A stretch of 64,000 nt of DNA from positions 128,001 to 192,000 of IMG/VR virus record IMGVR_UViG_3300031857_023573; one strand, 5' to 3'. Below the pieces are notes generated by a model, which made no database searches, was not told the origin of the DNA, and worked only from the letters and a program-made list of their open reading frames with translations. How positions within the stretch are numbered: the stretch's first letter is position 1; each line of letters starts with the position of its first letter. Source of the DNA: a virus (Duplodnaviria; Caudoviricetes). The position numbers and the translations under genes are program-made. Positions 9,619 to 18,465 of the stretch are shown here, one piece after another.

Positions 9619-11322
9619 TTATTGCTCTTCGATATGCAATTCTTCAATAGTTGAAAATACTTCTTTGTTAACTCTAATTATTCTATCGAACATCTCTTGA
9701 TTCAATACAGCGTGATGTACTACAAAGATATTAACGTTATATTGATTTGAGAATGATTTCAAAAGACCAAGTATTTTTTGAATATTTTCTAAGTCAACAC
9801 TTGAAAATACTTCATCTAAAAACAAGATGTTAATATGTTTTTTTGTTCTAATAAGCATTAAGTAAGCAGTTAAAATACAAATATTGGTGAGTTTCTGCTC
9901 ACCTGTACTTAGACTCTCAGAGTCAATTACAGAACCAAGATGTTTGATTTCAGCATTAAAAGTCTCATCAAGTGAAACTTCAAAATGCATACCCATTTTC
10001 TTAATATTTTCATTAATGAAGAAGTTAATAGGCTTAATTATTCCTGCAATAATTGATTTTTTGACACCATCTTCACCAAATATTCTGTTTAGTTCTTTAT
10101 AATAAAGCTCTTTATCTTTACAAAGAGATGAATTATTCGAAGATACTTTTTTCTTTTCACTAAGTTCGTTTATCGCATTTTCAAATTCTTGAACATTCTC
10201 TGATGCCTTACCGTCTTCTCTTAATTGTTTGTTTTGTAATTTTTCAATCTGTAACTTACAATTTTTCAAATAATAAGTCATATCATTAAATGCTTTAAGA
10301 GCATTGTCTGATATTGGTTGTAATTTGAGTTGTTTTTCTTTTATAGATTTTATATTTGATTCGAGTTCTACTTTGATATTTTCTAAAGACTGTTTTTTCT
10401 CTAAAAGAGTTCCCCTAAGTGCGATAAAATGTTCAGAGTCAAAATCTGTTTTACACATTGGGCACTTTCCAGAATCAAAAAGATCAATTTCTTTTTGGAT
10501 TGATTTAATATCAGTCTGTAAAATAATATACTGACTTTTCTCTTGATCTATTTCTTCTTTTAATTCTATATCTTTAGATTTTATTTTTTCAATTTTTTCT
10601 TTAAGTAGTTTATATTCTTCTTTTTTGGACTCCATATCCGATTTGATCTTGTCAATCTCTACTTGAGTATTCTCTTTTTCCTTCTCAATTGCTTTAGTTA
10701 TTGAATTCTGAATTGATTGAATAGACTCATTAAGTGTGGATATCTCTGAATCTAGAGATGCCATTCTAATTTTATTATTCTTATTTAACTCTTTTAATAT
10801 AGAATTTAAAATATTGATTACTTCTAAATTGAATAGTTTATCTAAAAGAAGTTGTTTTTCTTCATTTGACAATGAGATAAAGTTCTTGAACGAGTCAACA
10901 CTCATAGACATGAAAGACTTGAATGTTTCAATATCCATTCCAATATAGTCTTCTATCTTTTCATCAATATTAGATTTTCCAGCTCTTTCATTTAATACAC
11001 CGTTCTCCCAGATTTCTAGAACATTTGGAGAGATTCCTCTTTTAACTTCAATATTAGTTCCTTTAGATTTAAATTTTATGTCTATCAACATCTCACCACC
11101 ATTAATCCTGTTTGGTAAAGTTGAAAGAGTTGCCCACTTTTTTTTTGATCCTGAACATTTACCATACAAAGAGAAGTCAACTGATCTTAGTAATGTTGAC
11201 TTTCCAGCACCATTTTGACCGACTAATAATACTAAATCCCCTTTTTCAGTATTAAGCTTTATAGATTGTCTAGAGTTTCCAAAAGATTTGAAGTTCCTTA
11301 TTCCAATTTCTTCTATTAACAT
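9619..11322 (-). CDS. SbcC/Rad50/T4 gp46-like recombination ATPase
   Basis: Walker A GQNGAGKST, long coiled coil with CPMC zinc hook, signature LSTGEQ, Walker B LFLDEVF, terminal H-loop VVHH. Confidence 0.92.
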   Translation of the reverse strand: MLIEEIGIRNFKSFGNSRQSIKLNTEKGDLVLLVGQNGAGKSTLLRSVDFSLYGKCSGSKKKWATLSTLPNRINGGEMLIDIKFKSKGTNIEVKRGISPNVLEIWENGVLNERAGKSNIDEKIEDYIGMDIETFKSFMSMSVDSFKNFISLSNEEKQLLLDKLFNLEVINILNSILKELNKNNKIRMASLDSEISTLNESIQSIQNSITKAIEKEKENTQVEIDKIKSDMESKKEEYKLLKEKIEKIKSKDIELKEEIDQEKSQYIILQTDIKSIQKEIDLFDSGKCPMCKTDFDSEHFIALRGTLLEKKQSLENIKVELESNIKSIKEKQLKLQPISDNALKAFNDMTYYLKNCKLQIEKLQNKQLREDGKASENVQEFENAINELSEKKKVSSNNSSLCKDKELYYKELNRIFGEDGVKKSIIAGIIKPINFFINENIKKMGMHFEVSLDETFNAEIKHLGSVIDSESLSTGEQKLTNICILTAYLMLIRTKKHINILFLDEVFSSVDLENIQKILGLLKSFSNQYNVNIFVVHHAVLNQEMFDRIIRVNKEVFSTIEELHIEEQ

Positions 11323-11339
11323 TTATAATAACTTATTTT

Positions 11340-11348
11340 TAATATATA
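11340..11348 (+). promoter_or_regulatory. Putative late-promoter motif TAATATATA
   Basis: Exact motif 28 nt upstream of the small Zn-finger ORF at 11377. Confidence 0.35.
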
Positions 11349-11376
11349 CCTTATATAACATTTAAAATGCTTTGTT

Positions 11377-11529
11377 ATGAAGATTTGTATCAAATGTAAT
11401 CTAGAAAAATTAGAATCAGATTTTAAAAAGAAATCCAAAAAGTGCATCGAATGTTATAAGTCTTATCAAGCTAATTATCGTTTTATAAAATATGATTATT
11501 CTTCAGAAGTCTCAATATCTTGCAATTGA
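11377..11529 (+). CDS. Small CxxC...CxxC zinc-finger ORF (50 aa), possibly a homing-endonuclease N-terminal remnant; not in the ORF track
   Basis: Hand translation: MKICIKCNLEKLESDFKKKSKKCIECYKSYQANYRFIKYDYSSEVSISCN*. The last 34 nt overlap the convergent gene. Confidence 0.55.
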   Translation: MKICIKCNLEKLESDFKKKSKKCIECYKSYQANYRFIKYDYSSEVSISCN

Positions 11530-11777
11530 TCAACCATGTTTTCAAAAGGTTCACACTGTTCTATTATAGACTTCATAAGTGGTAGATAATCTGAGTGTTC
11601 TTCTATATATGACCCAAGAGCTTTTATTAGACTGTCATCAACGGTCAATAACATTTTATCAGCAGTATAGTAGAAAATCGAGTCATGATATGTGTCTCTA
11701 TACATCAAACCAATAGATACTAAAATCCCACCTTCGAACTTTCCAATATAATCAATTATTGATCCGGTTATTTCCAT
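11496..11777 (-). CDS. Hypothetical protein
   Basis: 93-aa ORF in a co-directional run. Confidence 0.6.
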   Translation of the reverse strand: MEITGSIIDYIGKFEGGILVSIGLMYRDTYHDSIFYYTADKMLLTVDDSLIKALGSYIEEHSDYLPLMKSIIEQCEPFENMVDQLQDIETSEE

Positions 11778-11982
11778 CTAAAATAAGACCTAATTTTTCA
11801 TCTCGGATATTTTTTAAATATCCATTATTGTTTAATGTGTTGAATAAAGATGTAGATATACCTTTTCTGCCCTCTTCATGTGTGTAAATCATATCTCGAT
11901 AATAATCATGTATTTTATTCGCAGTTTCTTTATCTAAAGAGTTTATCTTTTCTAAATCTAAGTAGTATTGTGTTAAATCCAT
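11752..11982 (-). CDS. Hypothetical protein with IRDEKLGLIL motif near the C-terminus
   Basis: 76-aa ORF in a co-directional run. Confidence 0.6.
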   Translation of the reverse strand: MDLTQYYLDLEKINSLDKETANKIHDYYRDMIYTHEEGRKGISTSLFNTLNNNGYLKNIRDEKLGLILDGNNRINN

Positions 11983-11987
11983 TCTTT

Positions 11988-12260
11988 TTAATCTAAATAA
12001 AATTCTAACTTCTTAAATTTATCATCCAAATCAGTGAAAACTATAGATATTTTCTCTGGTTTTCTAATTTCTTCAGCCTCACCTTTGACTTCATTCAAAA
12101 TAACATCTTTCTTGTATTGAATTTCAATGCCCGGTTCTTCACCAAGAAACTTTCTCATATCTTCTTTAATTATCGAAGTTTTCCAATCCTCTCTTGTGAA
12201 ATCTATATTTAGAATATATTCTCTAATTGCATTTTCTTTCATTGAAGCCATAATTTTCAA
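11988..12260 (-). CDS. Hypothetical protein
   Basis: About 90 aa; alternative ATG starts at 12251 and 12242. Confidence 0.6.
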   Translation of the reverse strand: MKIMASMKENAIREYILNIDFTREDWKTSIIKEDMRKFLGEEPGIEIQYKKDVILNEVKGEAEEIRKPEKISIVFTDLDDKFKKLEFYLD

Positions 12261-12300
12261 TTATATTTTAATTTATATATCTTATTGATATATTAGTTCA

Positions 12301-14556
12301 TTACTGATATGGAAAAAACGGAAGTGTAATTTTAGTATTTGCGTTATCAGCAAACACCAAATACTTAGAATCATCAGCAATAATATATTGATTAAGGATC
12401 TTATTATGTTCTGATACAGGTATTACTTCAGAGAACAATCTGATATTAGTCATCTTCATATCTGAAGCAAATATTTGAGTATCGATTCCTACCAACTCAA
12501 AATCAACTGGTACAAAAGTTTGACTATCATAATAAACCTTTTCTAACACGGTTGAAGAAAGGAATTTAGCCTCTTCTTCTGCATCAATCTCTACATTACG
12601 CTTATAAATCCACTGATTTAACTTTCTATTTCTTTGATCCACATTCAATACATAGCAATACCAAACATTTTCATATAAGTCAGATGTTGAATAAGTTGAC
12701 CCAGTAAAACTAAACGTATAAGTATCCGAATTAATGTTTAAAGAAATATTATCATTTTTCAAGTTAACTTGCCAACCCAAATTATTCACTGTATCATAAT
12801 TTGTAAGGAAATTATAACTTTCATCTGTCACATAATTATTCAAATTGAACCACATATAAAATCCAATATTGTCCGATACCTTTATTCTTGAATCAACTGA
12901 TTTATAAGTGATCGCAGTTATAGACTGTGTTGCCAATTGGAATCCATTATAGAGTAGATTAGAAAAATCATAATGTTGCTTAGACACAATTGTAGTCGAG
13001 TTTTCAATTAATTCTTTCACAATTTCAGCCTTATACTGAAGTCTAATTGGATCTCTAGTAAGTGGTTGAAGTTGTGGTTTGTTTGCAATCGAGTCTTTAT
13101 CTTGTCTGTTTTCAACTCCGAATAACTCATCAATAGTCGTATTCTTCGTGAGTTCCTTTATCCTATCATTAATTTCATTAGTTGCTGCGATAACATTTGC
13201 AGATTTGTTGTATTTCTTCAATACAACTTTATAATAAATTGCGGCATTATTGAAATTTCTGAACTGTTGAGCATGATCAACAATAAACATTCTATTGATG
13301 TCACAGAAGTAAATTAGGTCTTCTTTTGATGGTCTTCTTTGAACACCAAAAGCTGCCTTAAATGATTCTTTGGTAATATGTATTTCAAAAGAGTCAAAAA
13401 GAGTTAGGTCAAACTGGTTCATTACAATTTGATTATCCGGAAACTGGTTATTTTCAACTGCAACCTTGATTTCCTCTTCACAGACAATATTAAATAGTTG
13501 AAATTCATGAAGAGTATAATCTATACCTTTACCATCTGGATCTGTTACAAAGTATTTAACTCTCCACCCAAATATTTCAATCGAATCATTACTTAGTCTA
13601 TTAAGTAGATTCATAGCTTGTGTTTGTTGGTAAGGATTATATAGCTTAGACTTTTCATCTGCAGTCATTGGTTTTAAAATATTACCAGTTGTACAAGATT
13701 GAGCATCTAACACACCGGTAGTGTTTGCAATCAAGTTACCATTTTCGTCTAAAACTCCATTTGATGTTCCAAGTAAATAAGATTGGCAGCAATCTCTTAT
13801 ACCATAAAGATTAGTCTTTGAATAATCTTGTGTAACATTTTGAAAGTCTCCTATTAAGTTAATATCTTGAATTTTAACACTTGAAGCAGAATTATTTACT
13901 ATTAGATATTCAATTTGAAAAAATCTAATTGGATTAATTCTTTTAGTCGAAATGTTTTCTTTTGTGAATGGTTCCCATTCGGTCCAATTTCTTGAATTAT
14001 CTTGTGAAAATCTGTATAAAAAGTCAACTCCAGATAAATTGTTTGGTGATATTATTTCTATATCAGTTATTGAAAATACTTTGTATATAAATGGTGGTTT
14101 TATTATTCCTTGCTTACCACTTCCAATAATTACATTCTCATTTGATGTGTCTTGTAGAAGTTTACCATTTAGTTCGAATGAAGTAAGTCTTATCTCTCCG
14201 TCTGTTTTTGTACCACTTCTTATAAACTTTATATCGATCCACATTTTATCAAGTGGATCAAAAGGTGGGAAATTTGTTATTTGCTCTTTAAGTTCTAACC
14301 AACTAGTCCAGGTATTCCCATTTCTAGAAATTCTATACTGTGTTTCAAGATATCTTGACTCTAAAACACCAGTTGCTACATAAGAGAAGTTAGTAAACTC
14401 TTCAACCTTTTCTAATTGTATAAAAGAAATAACATACTCATCACCTACTTCATAAAAGTATGGAGTTGCATCACTAGCCGTTGAACCTGCTAAAGTATTA
14501 TAGGACTGAGAAATAATAATACTTCCAGTAGTAAAATCATTTGTAACTTGTGACAT
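12301..14556 (-). CDS. Neck/head-completion protein: T4 gp14-like domain fused to an N-terminal extension and a C-terminal LamG/ConA-like domain
   Basis: Central FDSFEIHITKESFKAAFGVQRRPSKEDLIYFCDINRMFIVDH resembles gp14 (PKEGDLIYFP...LFEI). C-terminal IGFYMWFN...WYCYVLNV...MTNIRLFSEVI has the LamG pattern. Confidence 0.65.
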   Translation of the reverse strand: MSQVTNDFTTGSIIISQSYNTLAGSTASDATPYFYEVGDEYVISFIQLEKVEEFTNFSYVATGVLESRYLETQYRISRNGNTWTSWLELKEQITNFPPFDPLDKMWIDIKFIRSGTKTDGEIRLTSFELNGKLLQDTSNENVIIGSGKQGIIKPPFIYKVFSITDIEIISPNNLSGVDFLYRFSQDNSRNWTEWEPFTKENISTKRINPIRFFQIEYLIVNNSASSVKIQDINLIGDFQNVTQDYSKTNLYGIRDCCQSYLLGTSNGVLDENGNLIANTTGVLDAQSCTTGNILKPMTADEKSKLYNPYQQTQAMNLLNRLSNDSIEIFGWRVKYFVTDPDGKGIDYTLHEFQLFNIVCEEEIKVAVENNQFPDNQIVMNQFDLTLFDSFEIHITKESFKAAFGVQRRPSKEDLIYFCDINRMFIVDHAQQFRNFNNAAIYYKVVLKKYNKSANVIAATNEINDRIKELTKNTTIDELFGVENRQDKDSIANKPQLQPLTRDPIRLQYKAEIVKELIENSTTIVSKQHYDFSNLLYNGFQLATQSITAITYKSVDSRIKVSDNIGFYMWFNLNNYVTDESYNFLTNYDTVNNLGWQVNLKNDNISLNINSDTYTFSFTGSTYSTSDLYENVWYCYVLNVDQRNRKLNQWIYKRNVEIDAEEEAKFLSSTVLEKVYYDSQTFVPVDFELVGIDTQIFASDMKMTNIRLFSEVIPVSEHNKILNQYIIADDSKYLVFADNANTKITLPFFPYQ

Positions 14557-14560
14557 GATG

Positions 14561-14569
14561 TATATATTA
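14561..14569 (-). promoter_or_regulatory. Putative late-promoter motif TAATATATA (gp14-like gene)
   Basis: Exact motif only 4 nt upstream of the ATG at 14556. Confidence 0.4.
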
Positions 14570-14623
14570 AAACTGATATATTTATAAGATATAAATAAAT
14601 TTTTGAAAATTTGTTAATAAAAA

Positions 14624-14654
14624 TTTGTTAAAAAGTTAAAATTCCTTATATTTG
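14624..14654 (+). promoter_or_regulatory. Bacteroidota-type sigma70 promoter TTTG-N19-TAnnTTTG
   Basis: TTTG at 14624-14627, 19-nt spacer, TATATTTG at 14647-14654; 33 nt upstream of the peptidase ATG. Confidence 0.65.
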
Positions 14655-14687
14655 TATTGTATTATTACCTAATATAGTTATTCTATT

Positions 14688-15893
14688 ATGAATATTAAAG
14701 AAACATTTTTACAACTAACCACACGAACTTATCCACATGGATATGAACACCAGCTTTTTGATAAGCTCCCACAAAACCTTGAAATGGATGAATTTGGAAA
14801 CCTTTTTATAAAAATTGGTGACAGTGATGTAATGTTCACTTCACACCTTGATACCGCGACTTCAGCGCTTACTACAGTTAATCACGTCTTTGAAGGAGAC
14901 ATAATCAAAACTGATGGTAAATCTATACTCGGCGCAGATGATAAAGCAGGTGTTACAATTATGCTCTATATGATCGAAAACAAGATACCCGGTCTTTACT
15001 ATTTCTTCTTAGGTGAAGAAGTTGGATGTCTTGGTTCTAAGAAAGTTGCTGAAAAACATCGTCAAGAAAAACTTGACTATATCAAAAAGGTTATTTCTTT
15101 TGATCGTAGGGGTACAGATTCAGTAATAACATTTCAATCAAGTTCAAGATGTTGTTCTGAAAAATTCGCAACAGAACTCTCTACTCAGCTTAACTTGGTC
15201 AATGATGGTTTTAAATACAAGAATGATCCAACTGGTATCTACACAGATTCTGCACAATTTGTATCAATATATCCTGAATGTACCAATATTTCAGTGGGTT
15301 ACTACTCAGAGCACACACACAGTGAGCGTCAAGATATTGCTCACTTAGAGAAACTTGCAAAAGCATGTTTAAAAGTTGATTGGTCTAGTCTACCTGTAGA
15401 AAGAGATCCCGGAAAAGTTGAATACTCTTCAAGTAGTTATTCTGGTTATGGATACGGATGGGGATCTTGGGAAGACTATTCTTCTGGATATCGATATGAA
15501 GAAAAGACATATACGTCAACTAAAAAAGATGATCAAAAAGTTACTTTCTATGATGAAGAATATAGATATGTAAGTGATATTACAATTAATACATCAACTG
15601 GTGATATCAAAGATGTAAATCTTGCACCGGAAAGAGTTCAAGAAGAAAGAAGACTCATTTCTAATTTCTTGGAAGATCTAGAACTTGAGTATACTAGTTT
15701 TATTTGGAATGGTCTTAAGCTCTCAGTTTATTATAAAGACGGAAGAGTAACTGATGCAAGTAGACTTGAATTGGAAGAGTATATCAGTGAACTTGATGTC
15801 ACTAAATTAATTGATAGTTGTGATGAAAAAGAGTATCAGAACAATCTGAGACTTTCTGACAGAGATTGGTCTGATCTTGAATATTGGTATTAA
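14688..15893 (+). CDS. M28/M20-type zinc metallopeptidase with C-terminal extension
   Basis: Metal-ligand motifs SHLDT, GADDKAG, GEEVG, DRRG and terminal EHT; followed by an S/Y/G-rich linker and an acidic C-terminal domain. Confidence 0.8.
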   Translation: MNIKETFLQLTTRTYPHGYEHQLFDKLPQNLEMDEFGNLFIKIGDSDVMFTSHLDTATSALTTVNHVFEGDIIKTDGKSILGADDKAGVTIMLYMIENKIPGLYYFFLGEEVGCLGSKKVAEKHRQEKLDYIKKVISFDRRGTDSVITFQSSSRCCSEKFATELSTQLNLVNDGFKYKNDPTGIYTDSAQFVSIYPECTNISVGYYSEHTHSERQDIAHLEKLAKACLKVDWSSLPVERDPGKVEYSSSSYSGYGYGWGSWEDYSSGYRYEEKTYTSTKKDDQKVTFYDEEYRYVSDITINTSTGDIKDVNLAPERVQEERRLISNFLEDLELEYTSFIWNGLKLSVYYKDGRVTDASRLELEEYISELDVTKLIDSCDEKEYQNNLRLSDRDWSDLEYWY

Positions 15894-15922
15894 AATAATT
15901 TAAAAAATTATTCCTAAAATAA

Positions 15923-15951
15923 AAACTTTTTTATATATTAGCGATACTATA
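15923..15951 (+). promoter_or_regulatory. Putative promoter AAACTTT-N15-TACTATA for the tRNA
   Basis: Same bipartite pattern as upstream of several other genes; ends 14 nt before the tRNA. Confidence 0.4.
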
Positions 15952-15965
15952 GAGACACAATTTTT

Positions 15966-16039
15966 GGACGAGTAATTCAGTTGGTTAGAATGCGACACTC
16001 ATAATGTTGAAGTCGGGGGTTCGAATCCCTCCTTGTCCA
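15966..16039 (+). tRNA. tRNA with CAT anticodon (elongator Met, or Ile2 if lysidine-modified); CCA not encoded
   Basis: Acceptor GGACGAG/CTTGTCC+A; D arm ATTC/GAAT; anticodon stem CGACA/TGTTG with loop CTCATAA; T arm GGGGG-TTCGAAT-CCCTC. Lacks the initiator GGG/CCC anticodon stem and the 1:72 mismatch. Confidence 0.93.
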
Positions 16040-16047
16040 CTTTAGAG

Positions 16048-16070
16048 ACCCAGATTTATTCTGGGTTTTT
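16048..16070 (+). terminator. Rho-independent terminator after the tRNA
   Basis: ACCCAGA-TTTAT-TCTGGGT hairpin followed by a T run. Confidence 0.75.
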
Positions 16071-16854
16071 ATTTTTTCTTTTTACCCATCCAATATCCAA
16101 TAAACCAAGTAACAAGTGGTAAAACTAGCTTTTCAAAAATCCACTTCCAATTAGTAGACCAAAAATCTTTTATTTGAGCTTTTGGATTAGCCTTTACAAA
16201 GATTTCATCTGAGTAACTTACTTGTTTCAAATCTTCGTTTAAAAATATTGAAACTACAAGGTCTAATCTATTTGTTCCGGATTTAATAGGTTGTACGTTG
16301 AATTTCCACTCTGTATAAGTTGAATCAACTAACTGCTTACTTGAATTTACACTTGTAATATTAAAGCAATCTTTCTGTGGATCTATTAGTTCAACTTGCA
16401 TTTTTGATGTAGTCTTTATTTGTTCAGTTTTTACCTTATACTTTCTTTGTATATTTTGGGATATTGTAGTTTGTGAATTCGATTTCGATATTCTAATTAC
16501 AATTTCATAATTTTTCATTACCAGCATTGTATCTGGAACAACATAAAGTATTCTTCCATTATCTATGATATATGAGGTATTAGATTCATTTTGCAATTTT
16601 GGCTTAACGTAAACACTGTCTTCTTGTTTAGACTCAGTGGGTGGTGGACTTGTTGTTAAAACTTCTTCCTCTTCTGTTGTTCCACTAGAACCAACACCAG
16701 TCTTATTTTCATTCTCACCTTCAAATAGGTTATCATCTTTTATGAGTGTAGAATCAACTAAAACCTCCTTATGATCTTCAGTAATAACTGGTAGTTGTTG
16801 TTTTTGACAACCAAATAAAACTATAAATAATATAAAATAATGAAATTTTTTCAC
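16069..16854 (-). CDS. Lipoprotein with a C-terminal transmembrane segment (u-spanin-like topology)
   Basis: MKK + hydrophobic stretch + lipobox-like LFG-C; low-complexity linker; beta-rich domain; C-terminal WKWIFEKLVLPLVTWFIGYWMGKKKK. Confidence 0.6.
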   Translation of the reverse strand: MKKFHYFILFIVLFGCQKQQLPVITEDHKEVLVDSTLIKDDNLFEGENENKTGVGSSGTTEEEEVLTTSPPPTESKQEDSVYVKPKLQNESNTSYIIDNGRILYVVPDTMLVMKNYEIVIRISKSNSQTTISQNIQRKYKVKTEQIKTTSKMQVELIDPQKDCFNITSVNSSKQLVDSTYTEWKFNVQPIKSGTNRLDLVVSIFLNEDLKQVSYSDEIFVKANPKAQIKDFWSTNWKWIFEKLVLPLVTWFIGYWMGKKKK

Positions 16855-16887
16855 ATCTTATATATTTTTTTTATTATATTTACTACT

Positions 16888-17175
16888 ATGGATTCTTTTA
16901 AGAATATTTTAATTTTTAAGATATTATCAAAATATCGTAGTATGAGAGAAACTTACGCACATCAAGGGTTCTTTTATTTTGAATCAAATATTTCAAAAAT
17001 AGATAGAATCGGTAATGGTTTTTTATATAATCATGAAGAGATTCCACCTCTCGACTGGAGAAAACTAAAGGGTAAAGAACTTTATAAAGTATATCGAGAA
17101 TTATCAAATCGAAATTTCTATTTTTATAGAAACATAAACGGTAAATTCTACAAAACAAGACCGAAAAAAACTTGA
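16888..17175 (+). CDS. Hypothetical protein
   Basis: ORF-track frame; ATG at 16888 (MDSFKN) avoids overlap with the divergent lipoprotein gene. Confidence 0.55.
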   Translation: MDSFKNILIFKILSKYRSMRETYAHQGFFYFESNISKIDRIGNGFLYNHEEIPPLDWRKLKGKELYKVYRELSNRNFYFYRNINGKFYKTRPKKT

Positions 17176-17891
17176 TAAAATTAAATTACACATATAGTCT
17201 AGAATATGATTACCTCATGACTTACTCCTGTGAGACCAATGGCTGTAACGAAGAAGGTATTTGTAGGTGTGGTAAAATCGTAGATGAACATGTTGTATCT
17301 GTCGACCTTTCCTTAGTAACAGATGAAATTTACGACCAGTTATACCCAAGAGATAATAAATCTAGCAAAAGAGAAAATAAACTGTCTGAAATATTCTATG
17401 GAGGTGAGAAAGTAGATAAGTACTGTATCTATAGAATTCTTGTACAAAATAAGGCATATGACACAGAAAATTGGAGAGTAAATATCTCAAGTGGCTACTA
17501 CGGTGATGAAATTGAAGATGTCACTATGGATTTTGAAATGTACAAAAAGATTGATGATCAATGTCAAAAATTAAAAGAATTTACAACTTTAAAAGATAAA
17601 ATAGACTATGTCCTACTTTTAGAATATGGTCACCTATTAGAAGATCTAAAGGATGTTGATTATGAACTTATAGCAATTTATAAAAACCATATTGATTTTA
17701 AAAAACTTAATCAAAATCATATTAAAAATGTTAAGATGAAGGATTTGAATCACTATTCTTATACTAATTACATTCTACCAAGAGGTATTGTACGTGGTGA
17801 CACTGACAACTATAAAATAGTAGACGGATATCATAGAATTATTGCTAGTGATAGTAAAATTCCTTTTCTAGTCTTCCGGGTAAAAAAATAA
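17172..17891 (+). CDS. Hypothetical protein with Cys-rich N-terminus and ParB/Srx-like C-terminal motif
   Basis: CETNGCNEEGICRC near the N-terminus; PRGIVR...YKIVDGYHRI matches the ParB-N DGxHR motif. Confidence 0.55.
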   Translation: MIKLNYTYSLEYDYLMTYSCETNGCNEEGICRCGKIVDEHVVSVDLSLVTDEIYDQLYPRDNKSSKRENKLSEIFYGGEKVDKYCIYRILVQNKAYDTENWRVNISSGYYGDEIEDVTMDFEMYKKIDDQCQKLKEFTTLKDKIDYVLLLEYGHLLEDLKDVDYELIAIYKNHIDFKKLNQNHIKNVKMKDLNHYSYTNYILPRGIVRGDTDNYKIVDGYHRIIASDSKIPFLVFRVKK

Positions 17892-17918
17892 AATTCAAAA
17901 AGTATATATACACTCAGA

Positions 17919-18419
17919 ATGATGAGTGAACCGTGTACTTCTTGTACGGCTAGATGTTGTAAAAATTACGATGTGTTTATAGATCACGAAGATCTAAAAA
18001 TTAAAAGTGGTCGAGACTTTATCAAAAAGATAGAGTATTCTAAATCTTTTGGTTATGTACCAAGCTTTACTCTATTTGAAGGTGATCAAAAAAAGAAATG
18101 GGTATTGTGTTTAAATAACCCAGATAAAACTTGTCAATTTTTAGTAGATAATAAGTGCTCAGTTTATGAAAAAAGACCTTTAATCTGTAAAACTTACCCA
18201 CATTATGTTGATAAAGACAAGGTCAAAACTATGAAAAATCTTTGTCCAGTAAAATGGAATTTATCTCAAGAACAGAAGGAGGAATTAAGACAGAACTATG
18301 AAACTTTACTTGTCAATTTCTTAGCATTTGAAACAATATGTGATCAGTGGAATTTAATAGTTGATAGATCTAAGACTTTAGATGATTTCTTAAACTATGT
18401 TGAAAATTATAAATTTTAA
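17919..18419 (+). CDS. YkgJ-family cysteine-cluster (CxxCxxxCC) protein
   Basis: CTSCTARCC at the N-terminus and CQFLVDNKCSVYEKRPLICKTYP. Confidence 0.85.
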   Translation: MMSEPCTSCTARCCKNYDVFIDHEDLKIKSGRDFIKKIEYSKSFGYVPSFTLFEGDQKKKWVLCLNNPDKTCQFLVDNKCSVYEKRPLICKTYPHYVDKDKVKTMKNLCPVKWNLSQEQKEELRQNYETLLVNFLAFETICDQWNLIVDRSKTLDDFLNYVENYKF

Positions 18420-18443
18420 TGTTGATATTTTCGAAAATATCCT

Positions 18444-18451
18444 TATATTTA
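18444..18451 (+). promoter_or_regulatory. Variant -7 element (TCCTTATATTTATA context)
   Basis: Near-copy of the TTCCTTATATTTGTA elements at 14642 and 18943; 14 nt upstream of ATG 18466. Confidence 0.4.
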
Positions 18452-18465
18452 TAAAAAATTACAAC

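Noticed and set aside
15932-15940. TAATATATA on the minus strand upstream of the tRNA
   Set aside because: No gene follows in that direction and it falls in the spacer of the + strand bipartite motif; probably chance. It is a caution for the late-promoter claim.
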